Of a stretch of DNA of 64,000 nt, positions 47,529 through 56,266 are shown piece by piece (position 1 is the first letter of the stretch; every line of letters begins with the position of its first letter). The DNA is from Candidatus Iainarchaeum sp. (GTDB taxonomy: Archaea > B1Sed10-29 > WALL01). The position numbers and the translations under genes are program-made. The notes under the pieces are model-generated. The model saw only the letters and a list, made by a program, of their open reading frames with translations. It was not told the DNA's origin and searched no databases. The stretch spans positions 1-64,000 of the forward strand of contig JAGMCR010000009.1 in assembly GCA_023129115.1 (NCBI GenBank). Direction: 5' to 3'.

Positions 47529-49334
47529 CTATATACTCTCTTTGACTGCCCTTGCAATCAATTGGCCATCGGCTTTTCCGCGCAATTCTTTCATTACTTC
47601 GCCCATGATTTTCTGGAACGCGCGTGGGTCGCCGAGCGCGCCCTTGTTCTTTGCAACGATTTTCTTGACTGCCTTGCGGACCTGCTTCTCGTTCATTTTC
47701 GAGAAGTTGTCCTCAACAATGTCGACCACTGTCCTCGTCGGGTTGAACACGATTGCGCGGATAATCTCGGGGAAGCCTTCCTTGGCGAACGCGCCCTTGT
47801 CGTAGAGCATGAACATCTCGATTAGCTTTTGGTCGGGGAGCATGTCCACGTCAATGCCCTCGCGCCGCAGCTCGGTGAGCGTGTCCTCGAGCACGTGCGC
47901 CACAATCTCGGGGTGCTTCCACTTGAGGTGGTCGAACAGGATTAGGTTGTTTGACGACGCGAGCTTTTCCGCGAGGTCGTTGCTCATCAGTTTTTTCAGC
48001 CGCGCGAGCGTTGCGCCGGGGAGCTCCGGCAAGGGAATCGCGTCGAGCCGTTTTTGCTCAACAACAACGGGGGGAATATCTGTTTCGATGTAAAGCCTTG
48101 CTGCCCCAGGCATGGGCCGCAGGAACTCACTGTTTCCATCAGGCAATGCCCTCCTTACTTCAGAAGGAACCCCTACGATTAGCTGATTGGCTCTTGCTGC
48201 TACCAGTTTCAGAGCGTTTTTGGCTCGTTTTTCGTCAGCCGCGACAAGGACGAACGCCTCACCCTCCAGCTTGAGGTTAACAATAATGTCTTTCTCAATC
48301 TGGTAGTTGCGCATGTCTTCGTCGCTGTGGATTATGCCGCCAACCCCTGCTTTCTTGGCATGGTCGGATAGTTCTGTGCCCACCCTTCGGTTGGGCTGCA
48401 CTTCTTTCCCCAGAATTCCTTCAAAGCCAATCAGAGGTAACGCGAGAACAGTTTTTCCACGAATAAACTTACATTTAGTATTTTTGAATAGATTCGTGAC
48501 GTCTATGATTTTTCCTACTTTGGCTTTTCTCTTTTCTAGCTCTTCAGCTACCTCAATCAATACTTGTTGCCGAGCTACTTCTCGGCGGGCTATCTCTGGG
48601 AACATTTTGAGGTCTTGTGCTCCTTTGATTTCAACTCTTGCTCCGCCTTTGATGCTGATGTTGATGTCCTGGCGGATTGTCCCTATGCCGCGCTTTACCT
48701 TCCGGGTCGCCCTCAATAATGAGCCGATAGCCAAAGCGGTCTCGTATACATGCTCCGGTGACTTTATGTCGGGCTCTGTACTCAATTCAATCAGAGGTAT
48801 CCCAAGCCGGTCAAGCCGGTACCACACTTCTCCGGGCTTCCGGTCAACTACTGTTGCTGCATCTTCCTCAAGCTGGGTGTTGACCATGCGTACCGGCCCC
48901 AATGAAGTGTCAATTCTCCCCCCCCTCCCCACGAGAGAGGTTCTTTGAAATCCAGTTGTATTTGAGCCGTCAACTACTGTCTTCCTCATGACGTGTATTT
49001 CCCCGATTACATCTGCCCCAATCATCTTGCAGACCTGGAGAGTAGTTTCCAAGGCCTCCTCATTCATTGGATGCGGGGGCTCGGAGTCTGTTTCCACAAG
49101 GCAGCTCGTGGCCGGGTTGTAGCAATAAACGAAGGTGATGTCGCGTGCTTGCTCGTGGCGGGCAGCCAAGTCGATTTCGCCCAGTTCGCCTGCCACTGCC
49201 CGTAGTTTGCGCCTTATCTTGAACGGAAAATCTTGGCTCCTGTGGGTGGGACACTCACAGAATAGCTTGGTAGCAGTATCTAATTGTACGTGAAGCTCCA
49301 AGCCGCTGCGGAAACCCATCTTTTCGTAGTCCAT
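47529..49334 (-). CDS. gatE: Glu-tRNA(Gln) amidotransferase subunit E
   Basis: GLELHVQL, MRKTVVDGSNTTGFQRT, GIIHSDE, PGAARLY.ETD. Confidence 0.96.
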   Translation of the reverse strand: MDYEKMGFRSGLELHVQLDTATKLFCECPTHRSQDFPFKIRRKLRAVAGELGEIDLAARHEQARDITFVYCYNPATSCLVETDSEPPHPMNEEALETTLQVCKMIGADVIGEIHVMRKTVVDGSNTTGFQRTSLVGRGGRIDTSLGPVRMVNTQLEEDAATVVDRKPGEVWYRLDRLGIPLIELSTEPDIKSPEHVYETALAIGSLLRATRKVKRGIGTIRQDINISIKGGARVEIKGAQDLKMFPEIARREVARQQVLIEVAEELEKRKAKVGKIIDVTNLFKNTKCKFIRGKTVLALPLIGFEGILGKEVQPNRRVGTELSDHAKKAGVGGIIHSDEDMRNYQIEKDIIVNLKLEGEAFVLVAADEKRAKNALKLVAARANQLIVGVPSEVRRALPDGNSEFLRPMPGAARLYIETDIPPVVVEQKRLDAIPLPELPGATLARLKKLMSNDLAEKLASSNNLILFDHLKWKHPEIVAHVLEDTLTELRREGIDVDMLPDQKLIEMFMLYDKGAFAKEGFPEIIRAIVFNPTRTVVDIVEDNFSKMNEKQVRKAVKKIVAKNKGALGDPRAFQKIMGEVMKELRGKADGQLIARAVKESI

Positions 49335-49390
49335 ACCAACTGCCTTGTGATTTGTACCCTAACCTTCTATCGCATGCTTAAAAAAACTTC

Positions 49391-49873
49391 CTAGTCAGAG
49401 AGCCCTGGATACAGCTCAATCGTGCCTTCTGCAATCTTTTTTCCGAGCCTTGTCAAGTAGACTCTGCCGTCCTTTGTTTTCTTGAGGTGGGTGAACTGCA
49501 TCCCCTGCTTTACCTCTTTTGTTTGCTTTATCTTTACCGCATTCTGTGGGGAAAAAGCGCCTGATTTTAAGAGCTGTGCATACAATTCCGCTGACTCATC
49601 TGGCTGTGGGAAATACTTTTGTTTTGCGTACTGGAAGCCCATGCCGGGCATTGTGAGCAGCCCATGCGCCTTGTAAAGAACTCTATTCCCTGTCTTCACT
49701 TCAATTATCTTGGGGCCTCGCTGGGCTTCTTCTATTACCCTTAAGTAGCGGCCGACGGTTTCCGGCCTCAGCCCCGTTTCTTGGGAAATCCGGTGTTTTG
49801 AAAGGGCTACATCATTATGCTTCTCGATGTAGTCCATCATCTCAGTTACGATTTCAAGCGCGTCCTTTCTCAT
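49391..49873 (-). CDS. Putative winged-helix DNA-binding protein
   Basis: HTH-like SKHRISQETGLRPETVGRYL; C-terminal VYLTRLGK wing. Confidence 0.65.
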   Translation of the reverse strand: MRKDALEIVTEMMDYIEKHNDVALSKHRISQETGLRPETVGRYLRVIEEAQRGPKIIEVKTGNRVLYKAHGLLTMPGMGFQYAKQKYFPQPDESAELYAQLLKSGAFSPQNAVKIKQTKEVKQGMQFTHLKKTKDGRVYLTRLGKKIAEGTIELYPGLSD

Positions 49874-49887
49874 TGGGTGATTTATAG

Positions 49888-49921
49888 CTATTGTAGTATA
49901 TAAATATTACTATTACAATAG
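49888..49921. promoter_or_regulatory. Inverted repeat between divergent HTH genes
   Basis: CTATTGTAGTA...TATTACAATAG (10/11) flanking TATATAAA. Confidence 0.5.
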
Positions 49922-49971
49922 TAAATAACCTTATATGGCTCGGCAGAGAAAGTTTTCCTGGGGAGAGTAGA

Positions 49972-50232
49972 ATGAGAGACTACGAAGAAGCTGTGCTTAT
50001 TGCTCTTTTTGATGAGAAAATAATTGGCTCTAGCTATAAGCCAATTGAAAAGGCTGCTCGTAAAATTAACTGGGGTGGGATTGCCAGGAAGTACGATGTA
50101 AAGAAGTCTTTCAAGAAAGTCCTGCAGGGACTTGCCCGGAAGGGCGTTGTAAGTGACCATGGCAAGTCAGGCAGGGTGGTCTCCCTGACACTGGCTGGAC
50201 TGGCTTACCTAAGGAGCGAGTTGGAAGTATAA
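49972..50232 (+). CDS. Small winged-helix-like protein
   Basis: L..L.RKG.V......VSLT.AG pattern. Confidence 0.65.
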   Translation: MRDYEEAVLIALFDEKIIGSSYKPIEKAARKINWGGIARKYDVKKSFKKVLQGLARKGVVSDHGKSGRVVSLTLAGLAYLRSELEV

Positions 50233-50249
50233 AGGCGTTCTGGTCTTCT

Positions 50250-50918
50250 TCAAGAGACTTGGCCCTGGAGTTCCTTGAACAGGCGGAAGGCTGTTATCGC
50301 ATCGTCGTCTGTGAGAGTGAAAGTTATCTCCGTGTAGCTGGACACCATTTGCAAGACGTTTATTGAGTTGCGTGCCAGCACCCCACTCAAAAAGTAAAGG
50401 AAGCCAGGGGTGCTGATGGACCGCGCTTCGCTGAACTCAAGGGCAGATAACCCCCTCATTGTCCCCAAGAGCTTTTTCTTTGGGACGAGGGAGACAAGCC
50501 GGTCGAAGCGTTTTTCCTCAAGGACGACTTCTATCTCGCTTGTGCTAAGTATCAAGTAAAAATTCTCGCCCTTCCCCCACTCGACTTCTTTCATCACCCT
50601 GAAAATCGCTTTCTCGACTTCTTCGTCCCGCTCCAGCGCAACGTCACACATCCCGGACTTCAAAGAAAAACGGCAGCCCTTCAGCACGTCCAGGACTTCC
50701 TCGGAAACGACTTCCTTCGCCAGCTTGTCCTCATACCTCTTCAAGGCCAGCACAATTGCTTCCCGCGTCACCTTCCTGCCGAACTCCGCTTCCACCTCCG
50801 TCTTTATGGAGTTGGCAAAAGCAGAGCAATTCAGCACGCCCAGCCGCAGGGAATCGCGGACAAAGACCAATCGGTCCACCCTCTGCCGCACTAGCCCCGC
50901 CAGGCTACTCTTCTCCAT
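50250..50918 (-). CDS. ACT-domain protein with N-terminal helical (possibly DNA-binding) domain
   Basis: L..GVLN.SAFA..I...AIV.ALKRY; C-terminal TPGFL..L...INV.Q.VSSYTE. Confidence 0.78.
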   Translation of the reverse strand: MEKSSLAGLVRQRVDRLVFVRDSLRLGVLNCSAFANSIKTEVEAEFGRKVTREAIVLALKRYEDKLAKEVVSEEVLDVLKGCRFSLKSGMCDVALERDEEVEKAIFRVMKEVEWGKGENFYLILSTSEIEVVLEEKRFDRLVSLVPKKKLLGTMRGLSALEFSEARSISTPGFLYFLSGVLARNSINVLQMVSSYTEITFTLTDDDAITAFRLFKELQGQVS

Positions 50919-50941
50919 AATGTTATATTTGTAACATTATG
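50916..50941. promoter_or_regulatory. Perfect palindromic operator candidate
   Basis: CATAATGTTA-N6-TAACATTATG between divergent ACT and B3/4 genes. Confidence 0.65.
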
Positions 50942-50971
50942 TATATATATGTAACTAAGCCCAATTATCGC

Positions 50972-51649
50972 ATGAAATTTGCAATCTCGAGGGAAGTGGC
51001 CAGAAAATACCCTGGACTGAAGATTGGGATTGTGGTTGTGAAAAGGCTTGACAACAGCGATTACCCCGACTCGATAAGGCTCTTGAAGCAAAACGCGGAA
51101 GAATACACCAAGTTCAATTTCCGGGGCCTTGTGCATCCCCACTTGTTGGCCTGGAGAGAGGCCTACAAGAAGTTTGGCTGCGATGGCGGGTGTTCTGCTG
51201 AGTGGCTGGTCAAGCGTATATTGGAGAAGAAAGCACTGCCGAAGATAAACAAGCTCGTCGACATCTACAACCTCGTGTCAGCCAAGAACGCCATGCCAAT
51301 CGGCGGGCAGGACCTCGACAGGATTTGTGGGGACATAGTCTTGAGGATTTCACCGGGCGGCGAAAGGTTTGTGGGGATTGGCGGGAAAGAAGAAAAGACA
51401 ACCCCCGGTGAAGTGGTTTACGCCGACGATGAAAAAGTGTTGTGCAGGAATTGGAACCAAAAAGATTGTGATGCCGCCAAGTTTACCAAGGAAACCAAAA
51501 AAGCTGTCTTGTTCGTCGATGGAATCGGTGGCATAAGCGAGGAAGCAGTAAAGAAAACAGCGAAGGACTTGGAGAGTATTATAACAGAGTACGGGAACGG
51601 CGTGGCAACTTCTTATTTTCTAGTGGGAGCCAACAGTGTTTCGCTGTGA
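50972..51649 (+). CDS. Standalone B3/B4 (PheT-like tRNA-editing) domain protein
   Basis: WREAY..FG..S.E.L..R, INKLVDIYN..S, P.GG.DLD, GEVVYAD. Confidence 0.88.
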   Translation: MKFAISREVARKYPGLKIGIVVVKRLDNSDYPDSIRLLKQNAEEYTKFNFRGLVHPHLLAWREAYKKFGCDGGCSAEWLVKRILEKKALPKINKLVDIYNLVSAKNAMPIGGQDLDRICGDIVLRISPGGERFVGIGGKEEKTTPGEVVYADDEKVLCRNWNQKDCDAAKFTKETKKAVLFVDGIGGISEEAVKKTAKDLESIITEYGNGVATSYFLVGANSVSL

Positions 51650-51693
51650 GTCAGGTCACAGGAAAGATGATTTCGAGGCCTGCCTTGAAGCCG

Positions 51694-52236
51694 TCAGTCA
51701 CTTTCTTCTCCGCCCTGTATCTCTTCCATCACTTCGTCGATTCTTTCGTGGAGCTCTTTAAGAGTGCCCTCGTTGCGGATGATGTGGTCCGCCATCATGA
51801 ACACAGTCTCCATGCCCTTGTTCTTGAGGTCGCGCTCGTCCCTCCCGAAGAACGCTTTCTTGTCCTGGGGGTCACTGTCGTCGCGGCGGGTGTAGCGCAT
51901 TTCGCGCGGGGCTGACGCCATTAGGAGGAAGAAGTGGGCGGTCTTGGCACGGAAGAACTCAACTTCTTGGGGGCTTCGGAATCCCGTTATGACGGCGTCC
52001 TCGGCGTCTATGATTGGGAAGAGCATGTTGGCCATTACGCCCATTCCACCTTCCTTGCGGAGCTCGTCGCCTAAGCGGCTTGCGTTGTCCTTGGTCGGCT
52101 CGAGGCCGCGCTTCTCAAGTTCCTTGAGGAAGACGTCATGGTAAAAGTCAAACTGCTTGAAGCCGTACTCCTTCATCAAGTAATGCGCGACAGTGTCCTT
52201 GCCGCTCCTCGCCGGGCCGGTCAAACCGATAATCAT
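51694..52236 (-). CDS. P-loop nucleotide kinase (UPF0200/dephospho-CoA-kinase-like)
   Basis: IIGLTGPARSGKDT, GFRSPQEV, ADHIIRNEGT; ATG at 52236. Confidence 0.82.
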   Translation of the reverse strand: MIIGLTGPARSGKDTVAHYLMKEYGFKQFDFYHDVFLKELEKRGLEPTKDNASRLGDELRKEGGMGVMANMLFPIIDAEDAVITGFRSPQEVEFFRAKTAHFFLLMASAPREMRYTRRDDSDPQDKKAFFGRDERDLKNKGMETVFMMADHIIRNEGTLKELHERIDEVMEEIQGGEESD

Positions 52237-52313
52237 AGTAACCACGTTAGTAAAGGAACCTCGGAAAGTTATACAAGAAAGCTTTATAAAAGCATGAAGA
52301 GGTATTAAAGTAT

Positions 52314-53567
52314 ATGAAAATTCACACCTTGGACGTGTTGCCCCGTCAGGTGAGAACAAAAGCTGGTAAAAAGCGGCTGCTCGTCTTGAAAGAAGGTTCC
52401 ATCAGCTCCCTTCTGCCCATAAAACTCAGGATATTGCGCCTACTCTCTAAGAAAGCCTTAAAAACAACCCAAGTCACGGAATTGCTAGGGATCCAGAAAA
52501 GGACGACCAGAAAATTTTTAAATGAGCTCGAGATTGAAGAAAAAATTGTGAGGACAGAAGGCAATCGCATTAACAACTCTTTTCGTTTCGCTGATTCATG
52601 GAGAATTGTTGGCAAGATAAGTGGCATCCCAAATAAACCCCCAAAAGACAGGGTATGTGTCTGGTACTCCACCAAGCACACTAATTACTCTACCCGTCAT
52701 TACTGTTTTTTGCCGAAAGAGATAGGGCTAACAGACAACATCGCGTCTGCTATTGGCATATTTGATGGTGAGGGCAGCAAAACAAAAATTACTACGTTGG
52801 AGATTGTGAACAACGAGCCACTGGTGATTAAATGCCTACTGGAGTTTTTTGGGATTTTTGGCATTCGGAAAAAAGACTGGAAGTGGAGATTAACATTCAA
52901 TATTAAACTGAAGGACAAGTTGAGTGTAAAGGCTATTAAGAAGGCAAGAGAGTATTGGGTCAAGAGCACAAAGATATCCGCTGAAAACGAGACTGCTAGC
53001 TCCCCACAGTTTTTGGGTACCCGCATAGGCAAAATCAGACGAGGCCCTCCGTGGGGGGCTTTGAGTATTTTTTACAATAGTGTGATACTGCGGAGCGTGC
53101 TAGCCTCAATTATGGAAAACTTAAAACCAATGATACTACAGGATCCGCAGCTGGTCGCGGGGTATCTTAGGGGCTACCTCGCTGCAGAAGCATACGTTGG
53201 AGCAAACGACAGGGCGATACAAACAGCCTCAACAAGAAAAGAAGAACTTGCTTATCTTGGAAAATGCTTTGATGTTATAGGGGTTAAAGCATCCATGAGT
53301 AAAGCAACAAGCACGTCGCCACCACGCATTATTGTTACCAATTTTGATTCTTTCATGAAGCTATACAAGTTAGACGTGTTCAGGCTTCATCCATACAAAA
53401 AGGCTAACTTGCTTTCAAAATTACTAAATTATACCCTATTAACTGGGGATGACAAAGAAAAAATTGGAAAAGAATTGAAGACACTAAACAACAAAATAGA
53501 AAACAGAGAAAAGCCTTTCAAAAAATTTACTTATACAAAAACATATCTGGCTCGAGCTGGGGGTTGA
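52314..53567 (+). CDS. Standalone wHTH-LAGLIDADG protein
   Basis: ArsR-like HTH (ILRLLSKK..TTQVTELLGI..TTRKFL..LE); ASAIGIFDGEGS and YLRGYLAAEAY motifs; AT-rich. Confidence 0.75.
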   Translation: MKIHTLDVLPRQVRTKAGKKRLLVLKEGSISSLLPIKLRILRLLSKKALKTTQVTELLGIQKRTTRKFLNELEIEEKIVRTEGNRINNSFRFADSWRIVGKISGIPNKPPKDRVCVWYSTKHTNYSTRHYCFLPKEIGLTDNIASAIGIFDGEGSKTKITTLEIVNNEPLVIKCLLEFFGIFGIRKKDWKWRLTFNIKLKDKLSVKAIKKAREYWVKSTKISAENETASSPQFLGTRIGKIRRGPPWGALSIFYNSVILRSVLASIMENLKPMILQDPQLVAGYLRGYLAAEAYVGANDRAIQTASTRKEELAYLGKCFDVIGVKASMSKATSTSPPRIIVTNFDSFMKLYKLDVFRLHPYKKANLLSKLLNYTLLTGDDKEKIGKELKTLNNKIENREKPFKKFTYTKTYLARAGG

Positions 53568-54861
53568 GCTCGCCCTTAAGATTCGATGTCATGAGTTCTT
53601 TTACTTTGTCACCCTTGGCATGCGCCAGCACCCAGCCGAGCTTTACGTACGCCGTCTCGGCGGTCATGTCGTACGCCGGGATTGCGCCCGCGTCGTGGTA
53701 CAAAATGCGCAGGTTGGTGTAAACATTCGGGTTCACCGTGCCGTAGATGCACTGCGTCGCGACGACAATGGGGACACCGCTTTTGACGGCGGACTTTATG
53801 CGGGGAATCCAGCTCTTGCGCGCCTTTGTCGGCACGTGGCCGAGCGCAGTGCCCTCGATGACGAGGCCCTTGGCGCCGCTGTCCACGTGGTAGTCGATTA
53901 TTTTTGGGTCCGAGCCGGGATACGCCTTCAGCAGGGCGATGTGGCGCTCGAATTTCGTGTCTACCTCGGTTTTACCAGTGCCGCGCTTCTTAAATTTAGA
54001 AATGGGCTCGATTTTCCCGTCAGGGTAAATCTTGGCGAGGGGGTAGTCATTAATAGGCTTAAAAGCAGGCCTGACAGTACTACTCATTTTCCTCACTTTC
54101 GTTCCCCTCAAGAAATAGCAGTAATCATCAGAAAAGGTAGCGTGCATACAAGTCCCGACTTCAGCTATGTCGGACAGCGCGGCGTAGGCGGAACAAGTAA
54201 GGTTCAGCACCGCGTCCGCAGAGCCGCGGTCGCTCGAGCGCTGCGCGCCCGTGATTATGACTGGCTTCGTGGTGTTGAGCATGAAGGACAAGGCGGCTGA
54301 GGTGTAGTGCATGGTGTCCGTCCCTTGGGTAATTATGACGCCCTCTGCCTTGTCAAGCGCTTTTGCAGTGGCCTTGGCAAGGTCCACCCAGTCAAGCGGG
54401 TCAAGGTCCTCACTCATTTTCTCGAGGACTGTCTTGGTCTTGATGCACGCAATGTCGCCGAGCTCGGGCACGAGTGCAATCAAGTCGTCGCCCGTCATGT
54501 CAGTATAGACCGCGCCCGTGGAATAGTCAACGCGCGAAGTGATGGTGCCACCCGCACCGAGGAGCGCGATGTGCTTCTTTCCCTTGCACGACTGCTTTGC
54601 CTTTGCGTGGCCGCCGGTCTCGTACTTGTATTCCTTGGTGATTCTCTTGGGCTCGGGAGTGGAAGACTTGCTGATGGTTTGGCCCTCGTACTTTATGCCA
54701 ATGTTGTAGCCGTTGTCCAGCTTGAGCACGATGTGGTCCGGTGAAGCAGTGATTTCGGGCGACGGCATTAACAGGCCTTCCTCACTCCCAACAACAATTC
54801 TGTCGCCTACGGCTGCCTTCGCCGCCTTCAGGGCACCCTGTATCTCCCTGGAATAAGCCAT
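53527..54861 (-). CDS. gatD: Glu-tRNA(Gln) amidotransferase subunit D
   Basis: LKLDNGYNIG, GGTITSRVDY.TGAV, GTDTMHY, GAQRSSDR. Confidence 0.96.
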   Translation of the reverse strand: MAYSREIQGALKAAKAAVGDRIVVGSEEGLLMPSPEITASPDHIVLKLDNGYNIGIKYEGQTISKSSTPEPKRITKEYKYETGGHAKAKQSCKGKKHIALLGAGGTITSRVDYSTGAVYTDMTGDDLIALVPELGDIACIKTKTVLEKMSEDLDPLDWVDLAKATAKALDKAEGVIITQGTDTMHYTSAALSFMLNTTKPVIITGAQRSSDRGSADAVLNLTCSAYAALSDIAEVGTCMHATFSDDYCYFLRGTKVRKMSSTVRPAFKPINDYPLAKIYPDGKIEPISKFKKRGTGKTEVDTKFERHIALLKAYPGSDPKIIDYHVDSGAKGLVIEGTALGHVPTKARKSWIPRIKSAVKSGVPIVVATQCIYGTVNPNVYTNLRILYHDAGAIPAYDMTAETAYVKLGWVLAHAKGDKVKELMTSNLKGELNPQLEPDMFLYK

Positions 54862-55548
54862 TCAACCACTCGACGTTAGCTTTTCGCCCTTCTCGTTTTT
54901 AATGATAGGCACGGCCACGACTTCCAGTGGCTGGAGCCCGAGCTCGATGCGCTTTTCATTGATTAGGTCGGCGCTGGGCCTCGTCTCGTCGCTGACCACG
55001 ATGGTGCTGAACCGCGGCTCAAGCGCAAAGCCGTAGACGTCATCTATCTCGCAAATCACTGCGCCCCAGCCCATTTCCGAGAGGAACCGCTCGAGGCCTG
55101 CCTGCCTCTCCGCGAACGAAGGCACGTTGGAGTGCTTGGAAGACGCGAACTCGTCGCTCGTCAAGCCGATTTCCACTATCTTCCCAAGCGCGAACGCCAT
55201 GCTGAACAAGTACTCGTGGCCCTTGTGGATAGCGCTGAAGGTCCCGCCAACACAGACCATGTCGCCCTTCTCTGCCGAAGCGTCCGGGAGGCGGATGTGC
55301 TCCAGGGAGCTGGAAGGAGTGGCAGCACTGGAGGAGCCGGCTTCTTCGCCACTGGGGGGGCTGGCAACTGCCAGCCCCCCGGTTTCAGCTTCTTCCTCCC
55401 CCGGTTGTGGCTCCTCTTCGACGGTTTCTGGCTCTTCTTCAGTTTCTTGTTTTTCCTCCCCGGTTTCTTCTTCGGGCTCCAAAAGCAGGTCCTCGTCTTC
55501 TTCAATGTCCATTGCCGGGTCCAGCGGCGGGGGTGGGGGGCTGTTCAT
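54862..55548 (-). CDS. coaD: Phosphopantetheine adenylyltransferase with long acidic N-terminal extension
   Basis: VGGTF..IHKGH, GLTSD, IVVSDET, IN..R...GL.PL, SS; start position uncertain. Confidence 0.85.
   Translation of the reverse strand: MNSPPPPPLDPAMDIEEDEDLLLEPEEETGEEKQETEEEPETVEEEPQPGEEEAETGGLAVASPPSGEEAGSSSAATPSSSLEHIRLPDASAEKGDMVCVGGTFSAIHKGHEYLFSMAFALGKIVEIGLTSDEFASSKHSNVPSFAERQAGLERFLSEMGWGAVICEIDDVYGFALEPRFSTIVVSDETRPSADLINEKRIELGLQPLEVVAVPIIKNEKGEKLTSSG
55351..55386. repeat. G/C-tract hairpin element in frame within PPAT extension
   Basis: ACTGGGGGGGCTGGCAACTGCCAGCCCCCCGGTTTC; same ends as copy 1. Confidence 0.75.
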
Positions 55549-56213
55549 TGCACCACCGTCCCACGCGTTCTTCCCTTGAGCGTCGACTCTATCTCGCCGG
55601 GAGTGCCGTTGATTATGAAGGTCCTTATTTTGGAGCGAGCGATTAGCTTGGCCGCGAGGAGGTCGAACACGAAGTGCGTCCTCGCGCCGCGCGCGTCCTG
55701 CTCCGCCGAGAGAGATATTAGTCTGGCGAACTTCATTTTCCGGAATTTTTTGGCGGACTTGTGCTTGCGCGGGTCCTTGGTGTACACTCCGTCCACGTTG
55801 GTGGCGTTGACAAGCTTTTTGGCGCCGATTGCCTCGGCGAGGAGGGCTGCGACGGTGTTCGTGGTGTGGCCCGGGACAGTGCCACCCATGACCGTGATGC
55901 CCTTGCGCTTCGCTTCCCTGCGGGCCTCGTCGATTGTTGCCGGGACTTTGCCGCGGAGGCCGAGCGCCTTGCGGAGGAGCATCGCGTTCTTGCGGGTTTG
56001 CCTGATTGCGACTGCGTCGAGGTCGTACTCGCTCACGCGCCTTTTCCTGGCGGCGAGGAGTGCTTTTTCGCCGCGCTTCCCCATGCCGACGACCACACCG
56101 ACGACCGTGCGCCTTTTTAAGCGCTGCAATATAGAACTGACTTCCTTGACGTAACCCGCGTCTGTTTTGCCGGGAAACACCAGAGAGCCTCCAATCTTCA
56201 GGACTATGGCCAA
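55545..56213 (-). CDS. pyrH: UMP kinase
   Basis: IVLKIGGS, PGHTTN.VAA, ATNVDGVY.KDP, GT at C-terminus. Confidence 0.9.
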   Translation of the reverse strand: MAIVLKIGGSLVFPGKTDAGYVKEVSSILQRLKRRTVVGVVVGMGKRGEKALLAARKRRVSEYDLDAVAIRQTRKNAMLLRKALGLRGKVPATIDEARREAKRKGITVMGGTVPGHTTNTVAALLAEAIGAKKLVNATNVDGVYTKDPRKHKSAKKFRKMKFARLISLSAEQDARGARTHFVFDLLAAKLIARSKIRTFIINGTPGEIESTLKGRTRGTVVQ

Positions 56214-56266
56214 ATCAACACCTCAGGCATTAAATACGCGGGACTATTATAAAAACGTGACTCGAA

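Noticed and set aside
55529-55546. GGGGGCTGTTC shared with the hairpin at 99-109
   Set aside because: Half-site only, explained by the Pro-run codons at the PPAT start.
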